The translations under genes were made by a program, and so were the position numbers. From positions 1 through 64,000 of the IMG/VR virus record IMGVR_UViG_3300034418_008897: 64,000 bases of DNA, one strand, 5' to 3'. This stretch comes from a virus. Each line of letters opens with the position of its first letter. Position 1 is the first letter of the stretch. Below the pieces are notes generated by a model. That model was not told the DNA's origin. It saw nothing but the letters and a program-made list of their open reading frames with translations, and searched no databases. Below, one piece after another: positions 57,629 through 64,000 of this stretch.

Positions 57629-60142
57629 TTAATTTTGTTTTTTATTCCAAGGGTTATAAAGTAAAGATCCTAAACCTATTGGAGCTAATGCCTTATATAT
57701 ATTAGGGTTAGTCATGTCAAACATTCCATTATTACCTATTAAAGATTTAAGTCTATTGTTACCTTTAAAGAATATTACATCATCCCCTATATCTTCTCCT
57801 GGTTTTAACTTTAAAGAATTATCATAATTATCTACAACATTTTTAGCTGTAAAAGAATCGAACCCTTGTTTTTTATATCTTTCTGCTAATTTATTAGTAG
57901 TAAGAGGCGAAGTTTCACGAGCATTAGGATCTAAAAAATCATTTTTTTGGATTGTCATATCTTTTTTATAAGGGGCAGATTCAGGTAAAGATTTTAAATA
58001 TTTTTCTGCTGCTTGTTTTGATCTAAATGTATTTCCTTCTGGAGACAGCATATTACCAAAAGCATCATATTGCATACCTTCTTTATTATTAGAACCTACG
58101 ACATAACCACTTTTCTTACCTATCCAACTATTTCCTTTATAATCTACAGATTTATTTTTACCTAAATTTGCTCCTAATTCTAGCACCTTACCTTTATCCC
58201 CAGCATAAGTTTTAGCTATGTTTTTGTTAGTAGTCGTAAAAATTAGGTCAGGGTATAAATTTCCACTAGTTAATCTTTCTGCTTTACTTAAATCAAATTC
58301 TGTTAAATCTCTAGCTGGAGTTCCGTGGTATAGTACATTTTTATACATATTTTCAGCTTGTTTTTCCCCCCCTGCAAATCTTGTTAAATTTTTAGATTTC
58401 ATTTGGACAAACTGTTCTGGACTACCGTTGAATTTAGTACCGTCACTATATTTCATCCATGTTCCATCAGCTTTAGCTTGTTGCTCAATAGCATTATACT
58501 CTTGCATTAAAGCTTTATTTTCTGGTATTTCTTTATTCCATTTACCCCAATCTATTTCAGATTTAAAATCTTGAGTAGGTAATAAATCAGATAAGTATTT
58601 ATTTGTATTGATTACTTTAGATTTATCTGCTTTTGCTACTACTTCATCTATACTGTTTTTCCATTCTGTTATATCGTATTTAGCACCGCGTTTTTCTATT
58701 CTTTTTACAAACTCATCTTTTGGTATATTTATAATTTTATCAAAAGAGTCTAAATTATTCCTTAATAAGTTTGTATTTGATGTAAACAATACTTGCCCTT
58801 TACTTTTAGCTTCTTTTTTAACTTCATCAAATAAAGACTGCATCATTTGATTATATTCTTTATTCCATACTTCATTACCTCCGTTCTTTACTTGATATGT
58901 AGAAATATTATACTTTTTTGCAATATCATTTACTGAATTATTTATAACATCTGCATAGTCATCATCTAAAGATAAAAACCTATTGTCACCGGCTTGCTTT
59001 AAATAACTTTTACCTATAGTTGGATGACCAAATATAATTTCATCTGTGTTATTTATTACCGGTTCAAAAACACTTCCTGTAGCTTGCCCTACATCTTGAG
59101 CTTTTGCTCCTACAACTGCTTTATTATAAGCTTTTCTAACAATTGGATTATATTTTGCACTAGCTGGGTTTAATTGAGGCACTAACACAGATCTGAAATC
59201 GTTAGCTACACTAGTTGGAGTGGAACTAATCCTAGGAATTATTTTATTACCTATAATATTGTTTAATTTAGAAGAGTTGCTTAACCTCATAGTTTCCAAA
59301 GCAGCGCTTTCTCCCATGTTCATTAACCTACCAGAACGACCAATTAATTTAGTACCTGGTATAAGATCTAAAGCCGTAAATGCCGTTGAAGTTAAAGCAT
59401 TTTGCCAATCCTCCATTTTACCGCTTTTTATTGCTTTTCTTATGTCCTCTTCAGTGTAAAGAGCATCATTACCAGCATTAATTAAAGCAGTAGTTGGGTG
59501 TAAATATGAAGCTGCGTTTAAACCTTTTAAAACAGTGTTATTATCAAAAACGGGATCTGAAAATCCAGGCGATCTTTCCATAGCACTATAATTCATAGGC
59601 ATATTGAAAGGCCCAGGTTTTAAAAAATAAGCTGTTGCTACTAGAGGGTTTCTAATTATGTTTCCAGCTTTATCTGCCCAAGTATATTCAGGAGCCGATT
59701 GTATTGTCCCAGGATCTTTCGGATATACCATTGCTGGTATATAACTATCTATTTTGTTTGTATCTAATAGGATTTTAGCTTTATCTTCTTCAGACAACCA
59801 ATTAGCATTTTTAATTTTATCTACTACTATAGATCTTTCAGCAGCTCTTCTTTTTGAACCCTCTTCAACTATATTAGCAGCTGTATTAGCTATAAGTAAA
59901 TTTTTTGGTTGAGTTGATTCAGCAACTTCTACTCTAGGTAAAGAATTAAAATTAGCTGTATTAAAATTAGAATAAGGTATAGCGTTCTTATTTAATTCTG
60001 CTGTTCTTTGTTCTACATTTCCAGCAGTTAATGGTAAATATTTACCATTAATTTCTTTAAACCATTTATCTCCTTCTTTCTTATAATTGTGGTTATTATA
60101 TCTATAATACCCGCCGTCTTGATATTTTTTTAATAATGCCAT
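57629..60142 (-). CDS. Tagged polyvalent protein: P-loop kinase + ADP-ribosyltransferase-like (ART-PolyVal type) domain
   Basis: Starts MALLKKYQDGG; IIFGHPTIGKS; VLYHGT...FD...IFTT.NK.IAKTYA...GFDS...KSLIGNNGMFD..NPNIY. Confidence 0.72.
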   Translation of the reverse strand: MALLKKYQDGGYYRYNNHNYKKEGDKWFKEINGKYLPLTAGNVEQRTAELNKNAIPYSNFNTANFNSLPRVEVAESTQPKNLLIANTAANIVEEGSKRRAAERSIVVDKIKNANWLSEEDKAKILLDTNKIDSYIPAMVYPKDPGTIQSAPEYTWADKAGNIIRNPLVATAYFLKPGPFNMPMNYSAMERSPGFSDPVFDNNTVLKGLNAASYLHPTTALINAGNDALYTEEDIRKAIKSGKMEDWQNALTSTAFTALDLIPGTKLIGRSGRLMNMGESAALETMRLSNSSKLNNIIGNKIIPRISSTPTSVANDFRSVLVPQLNPASAKYNPIVRKAYNKAVVGAKAQDVGQATGSVFEPVINNTDEIIFGHPTIGKSYLKQAGDNRFLSLDDDYADVINNSVNDIAKKYNISTYQVKNGGNEVWNKEYNQMMQSLFDEVKKEAKSKGQVLFTSNTNLLRNNLDSFDKIINIPKDEFVKRIEKRGAKYDITEWKNSIDEVVAKADKSKVINTNKYLSDLLPTQDFKSEIDWGKWNKEIPENKALMQEYNAIEQQAKADGTWMKYSDGTKFNGSPEQFVQMKSKNLTRFAGGEKQAENMYKNVLYHGTPARDLTEFDLSKAERLTSGNLYPDLIFTTTNKNIAKTYAGDKGKVLELGANLGKNKSVDYKGNSWIGKKSGYVVGSNNKEGMQYDAFGNMLSPEGNTFRSKQAAEKYLKSLPESAPYKKDMTIQKNDFLDPNARETSPLTTNKLAERYKKQGFDSFTAKNVVDNYDNSLKLKPGEDIGDDVIFFKGNNRLKSLIGNNGMFDMTNPNIYKALAPIGLGSLLYNPWNKKQN

Positions 60143-60147
60143 AATAC

Positions 60148-61953
60148 TTATTTTGCAAAGTTTTTAGCAAAATTAGCCTTCTTGACCATCTTACTACTAT
60201 ATTTATTCTTATTAGCTAAAATATGGCTAGCTGCTTCTTGAACATCCATGCCCATTTTTGTAGCTTGCGCTTTAAATGTACCTTTCTTTTCAGGATCTAT
60301 TTTTATAGTATTTCCTTTTTTATATAAAAGACCACCTTTTTTAAAAATTGCAGTTTGAGGTATACTCTTACCTGCTGTTGATCTTATATAATTATCTAAA
60401 TTATACATGGTTTTATTTACATACTTATTTTTTGTGGCATCACCACGCAATAGTACACCTGGACTACGCCAAGCAGTTGCCCATCTTTCTTCAGGGCTTA
60501 ATTCTACATTACCCTCTGCTTGCCTATAAACTTCACCGTTTTTTACACTGTATAAATTGCCTTGATTGGGGTAGTATTTTTCTACTTCTTTTCTTAATAA
60601 AGCAGTTTTATATTGATCATCAACGTCATAATTTAAGAATACTCTTTTACCATTAGGTAGCATATAATAACCATCAAATGTTTCATCTGGTTTTTGAAAT
60701 GAACTACCTCTTAAATCCCTGGAAAAGAATTGCTTAGGTGAAGACCACATACCAGGAGCTTCTTTACTTTTAATAACCCTAGGATTTTCATTACCCCTAT
60801 TATATAAGCTCTTAGAAGATTTATCCAATTGGCTCAAATATATCATAGAAGCTAAACCAGCTTTATAAGGATCTTTTAAATCAGATCTAGATCTAATACC
60901 ATATTTATCCGCTATACTCGCTAACCTAGGGTCGTTAAAAATATTATCTGGGTTTATTTGAGTCATACCTATACTACTACCTACTAATTCTGAAGCATAC
61001 CCTTTGATTCCCTTCAAAGATTTACCGCCTTTGGTTTCGGTCATAGCAGTTGCGGTTAAAAAGTTAACCATTTGTTTGTATTTATCTGGGTCTAAATTTA
61101 AATCTTTAGCTAAATTATTTGCGTGTTGAACTAAAGCTAAAGTAAAATTACCTAAATCATGAGTTAAATATTTTTCCCCCTCACTACTATTATTTACTGC
61201 TTTTTCAAAACCAACTGATTTTTTAATTTTATCATAAGGATTTTGCACTTCAAAATCGTAGGATTTATTTTGCTCATCAAAAAACTTTTGAAAAAATTCT
61301 CTATTTAAATTTAAATTTTCTTCTGGTGCTATAACTGTTTGCAAATTATATTTTTTCCACACTTCTCTAGCTTCTGATAAAGTATATAATTTTTTATCAT
61401 AAGCATCCATTAATATAGATTCCCCAGTATCTTTATCCCATCCTACTTTGATCATAGTATGGTTAGAATTTTTATAGCCTTTGGCTTTAGAATAACCATA
61501 TGGGTGCATATCTTGATCAGGTCCCCATAAATAAAAAGTACCTACAGGGGTATCTAAATCAAAATTTTCATTTCTATTTTCATCTAAAATATTGTAAAAA
61601 GTCTTACCACTATCTGCGTATACCCCTGCTAAATCCCAACTGTCTACAGATCCCTTGTAATCACCTTTTAAATAAGGGTATTTTTCTATTTGTTCTGGTG
61701 TTGGTTGAGTAGATGTTGTCAATAAACCTCTAGCGTTTTCTATATCACCTATAGTTTTTACTCCAGGAATATAACCTAAACCTTTAGTATATAACAAACA
61801 AGCGTCCCCTTTACAATTACCCAGAGTACCTTCTAACATATTATCTCTAAAAAAGTCAGAATTAGCTCTGTCTTCTGCAGTATAAATTACTTTATCTATG
61901 CGAGTATTAAATCCTTTACCTGGTTGAAATTTTTTTACTTTGTTATATAGCAT
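60148..61953 (-). CDS. Tagged dual cell-wall hydrolase (papain-like Cys/His domain + lysozyme/SLT-like domain) with basic C-terminal module
   Basis: Starts MLYNKVKKFQPG; GDACLLY...DSWDL...NHTMI; ATAMTETKGG...SIGMTQI...DLKDPYKAGLASMIYL; IFKKGGLLYKKG precedes the last module. Confidence 0.6.
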   Translation of the reverse strand: MLYNKVKKFQPGKGFNTRIDKVIYTAEDRANSDFFRDNMLEGTLGNCKGDACLLYTKGLGYIPGVKTIGDIENARGLLTTSTQPTPEQIEKYPYLKGDYKGSVDSWDLAGVYADSGKTFYNILDENRNENFDLDTPVGTFYLWGPDQDMHPYGYSKAKGYKNSNHTMIKVGWDKDTGESILMDAYDKKLYTLSEAREVWKKYNLQTVIAPEENLNLNREFFQKFFDEQNKSYDFEVQNPYDKIKKSVGFEKAVNNSSEGEKYLTHDLGNFTLALVQHANNLAKDLNLDPDKYKQMVNFLTATAMTETKGGKSLKGIKGYASELVGSSIGMTQINPDNIFNDPRLASIADKYGIRSRSDLKDPYKAGLASMIYLSQLDKSSKSLYNRGNENPRVIKSKEAPGMWSSPKQFFSRDLRGSSFQKPDETFDGYYMLPNGKRVFLNYDVDDQYKTALLRKEVEKYYPNQGNLYSVKNGEVYRQAEGNVELSPEERWATAWRSPGVLLRGDATKNKYVNKTMYNLDNYIRSTAGKSIPQTAIFKKGGLLYKKGNTIKIDPEKKGTFKAQATKMGMDVQEAASHILANKNKYSSKMVKKANFAKNFAK

Positions 61954-61968
61954 ATCTTTTTTTTTGTT

Positions 61969-62862
61969 TTATTTTTTATACAATAAACCGCCTTTTTTGA
62001 ATTTGTAAGTTTTAACAGCTTTAGCATATTGTCTTTCAAACTCAGGGTTAGATTTATATAAAATTTTATTTACATAATCTCTAGTTTCTCTAGGTAGCTC
62101 GTTCATCCACTCTTTCCCTTTATAAATATCTACGCCTTTTTTCTTTTGTTCATTCAAATATTCTAAAAAATTACCTCTTCCATGGTTGTAAGCTGCTAAA
62201 GTTTTAGCTAACCTTATCTCATTAGATTGATTAGGTTTATTAATGAAAGATGCATTATACAAATCAGTCATGTACCATTTCTGAATCTTAGCACTAACTT
62301 CAGGATCATATAAACTATCTGTAGATTTTATTATTCCTGCTTTTACAGCATCCCCCTTTACATCAGGCATTATTTGCGCTAAGCCAGCAGCACCAGCGGG
62401 AGATACTGATTTAGGGTTAAAGCTAGATTCTTTAAATTGTTGTCTTAATAAAAAATCATTAGTGAATATTTCAGAATTTACTTTAGGCTCTGCTTTAGGC
62501 TCAGGTTTAGCATCTGATACAAGTTTAGGCTCAGAAGAATCTTTAATATATCTTTCTGGTTTTTCTGGTTCACCAAAGAAAGACTTACCATAAGCAGGTA
62601 CATCTGTTCTTAGTTGTGTAGATGGTAATCTAAGCTCATCATTTAACTTTGATTTGCGAGATCCATCGGGGTCTTTTATAGCTACATAGTAACCATTAGT
62701 ACTTTCATTCTTTATAAACCAATCATCAAAAGCATCTTTCATATAAGTAGATCCTGGTCTTTCAGGGTGTACATATATTTTTTTATCGAAAATATCTGCT
62801 TCATTTATAGTTCTACCTGGAGCTTTAGGTTTTGGTTTTTTATCGTTGTACAATAAAGACAT
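61969..62862 (-). CDS. Tagged lytic transglycosylase (SLT domain)
   Basis: ATG at 62862 (MSLLYN) preferred; KESSFNPKSVSPAGAAGLAQIMP, LAAYNHG, LPRETRDYVNKI; ends FKKGGLLYKK. Confidence 0.9.
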   Translation of the reverse strand: MSLLYNDKKPKPKAPGRTINEADIFDKKIYVHPERPGSTYMKDAFDDWFIKNESTNGYYVAIKDPDGSRKSKLNDELRLPSTQLRTDVPAYGKSFFGEPEKPERYIKDSSEPKLVSDAKPEPKAEPKVNSEIFTNDFLLRQQFKESSFNPKSVSPAGAAGLAQIMPDVKGDAVKAGIIKSTDSLYDPEVSAKIQKWYMTDLYNASFINKPNQSNEIRLAKTLAAYNHGRGNFLEYLNEQKKKGVDIYKGKEWMNELPRETRDYVNKILYKSNPEFERQYAKAVKTYKFKKGGLLYKK

Positions 62863-62870
62863 AATTAAAA

Positions 62871-63125
62871 TCAATTCATTAAACTAAATTTTTGTCTGTA
62901 AGCTAATTTCTTACTAACTACCTCATTATCAGCAATTTCTCTTACAGAACAAAATATAATATTTTCTTCTCCATACTTATCATACATATTTTGTATAGCT
63001 TCTACAGGATGTTTTCCTTCTCTTAAAAGCTTAAGATGTACAGAAACACTAGCATTAAAATCTTGAGTAGTATTAATGTAGATGTACTCATCTTGTATAC
63101 TAGTTATGTAGTAAAGAGTTGCCAT
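62871..63125 (-). CDS. Degenerate GIY-YIG-like protein
   Basis: TLYYIT...YIYINTT...HLKLLREGKH....IQ.MYDKYGEENIIF. Confidence 0.6.
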   Translation of the reverse strand: MATLYYITSIQDEYIYINTTQDFNASVSVHLKLLREGKHPVEAIQNMYDKYGEENIIFCSVREIADNEVVSKKLAYRQKFSLMN

Positions 63126-63142
63126 AGAAATTTATAGTAAAT

Positions 63143-63179
63143 AAAAAAGAAAAAACCAGAATAAATTAATATCCTGGCT
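63143..63179 (-). terminator. Intrinsic terminator
   Basis: Minus strand GCCAGGATA-TTAATT-TATTCTGGT followed by TTTTTCTTTTTT. Confidence 0.65.
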
Positions 63180-63205
63180 GAAATTTTTATATGTAAAATA
63201 ATAAA

Positions 63206-63952
63206 TTAAAATCTATATTTTAAACCTGCTCTGATATTATAATTAGAGTCGTATTTACCTTTATCATATCTACCTTCTAAATTACCTGATAATTTAGGCG
63301 TGAAATATTTTTCGGCATTAATATTAGCGCCTACTCTGTAGTTTTCATTCTTACCTAGACCTTTTTCAGCGGAAGCAGAAACCCCTAAATAACCATTCTT
63401 CAAAGGCACTCCTTTATTAACATTATAGCCTAAAGAAAAGCTAGGGCGGCTTATACCTTTATATGTCACAAATTCAGGAAATCCGGGTGCACTAGGTATT
63501 TTATCCATAGCGTAGTTAGCCTCAGCCTTGACCCCTAGGGACCCTAAATTTTTAGGTAAGTCTTTGTATAAACTAGACTCGAACCTATTAAACTCTTCTA
63601 TCTGCGGATATTGTTCTATTATTTTTTCACCATTTTTATCTACATCTTCATAAATTCTCATTCTCTTTGCCTTCTCAAGGCTAGCCATACCATCAACTCT
63701 AAAACCTTTAGGCAAAGCAGCACCAGCACCACCCATTTTCATATAGTCATTGGGAGCTTCTAATCTTTCTTCATGGCTCCACCCATAAGCAGTAGGATTC
63801 CATCTACCAACAGGAGCTGATAAATTTATCCTAGGTTCTTCTTTTTCTACTAAAGGGCTGGTATTCATAAACTTATGTTTAAGGTCTAAATCCTTTATAT
63901 AGGAATTTATAGTACCTTCTGTTTGATATTTTTTAGTATATAGTAAAGACAT
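63206..63952 (-). CDS. Tagged protein with outer-membrane beta-barrel-like C-terminal half
   Basis: Starts MSLLYTKKYQTEG; amphipathic strands; ends YNIRAGLKYRF. Confidence 0.6.
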   Translation of the reverse strand: MSLLYTKKYQTEGTINSYIKDLDLKHKFMNTSPLVEKEEPRINLSAPVGRWNPTAYGWSHEERLEAPNDYMKMGGAGAALPKGFRVDGMASLEKAKRMRIYEDVDKNGEKIIEQYPQIEEFNRFESSLYKDLPKNLGSLGVKAEANYAMDKIPSAPGFPEFVTYKGISRPSFSLGYNVNKGVPLKNGYLGVSASAEKGLGKNENYRVGANINAEKYFTPKLSGNLEGRYDKGKYDSNYNIRAGLKYRF

Positions 63953-64000
63953 AATTATTTTTTATTATATAATATTCCTCCTTTGTTAAACTTATAACTA

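Noticed and set aside
1097-61712. Plus-strand ORFs in the track (e.g. 1097..1408, 12345..12698, 43682..44206, 58218..58574)
   Set aside because: All lie antisense to long minus-strand genes, and most have the Ser/Leu/Phe-rich composition of shadow ORFs; no motifs.
1-64000. Stop-codon reassignment, known in some crAss-like lineages
   Set aside because: Genes are full length and densely packed under the standard code, and TAG and TGA both occur as apparent stops (e.g. 13872, 39998).
1-64000. tRNA genes, CRISPR arrays, integrase, transposase or DGR reverse transcriptase
   Set aside because: Intergenic gaps are short and AT-rich; no cloverleaf, repeat-spacer array or relevant catalytic motif was seen by eye (tRNAscan not run).

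Overview
An AT-rich 64 kb segment of a lytic crAss-like (Crassvirales-type) phage, most likely infecting Bacteroidetes/Flavobacteria (inferred from gene order, low GC and A-rich starts lacking Shine-Dalgarno sites). Essentially all real genes are on the minus strand and use the standard genetic code. In transcription order (right to left): an array of enzymatic 'payload' genes (beta-barrel-like protein, lytic transglycosylase, dual wall hydrolase, kinase+ADP-ribosyltransferase-like, HExxH metallopeptidase); terminase, tandem GroES, portal, scaffold, major capsid protein, ring/auxiliary capsid proteins, ferritin, HU/IHF-like protein and the muzzle/stabilisation protein; a 13.5 kb tail fibre/spike array; a lysis cluster; and the ejected-cargo genes, ending in a >2290 aa ORF (1..6870, missing from the ORF track) with an SF1 helicase and a P-loop kinase domain. 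The best candidate for an undescribed system is a short peptide tag, ...(F/Y)KKGG-(L/I)LY-x-KK(Y/F)QxG..., whose halves mark the N-termini, C-termini and internal junctions of about 13 otherwise unrelated proteins. I did not see it in the capsid, portal, tail or lysis proteins. It may be a capsid-loading or processing signal for a modular, shuffled set of injected effectors. All family calls come from motif recognition by eye; no searches were run.
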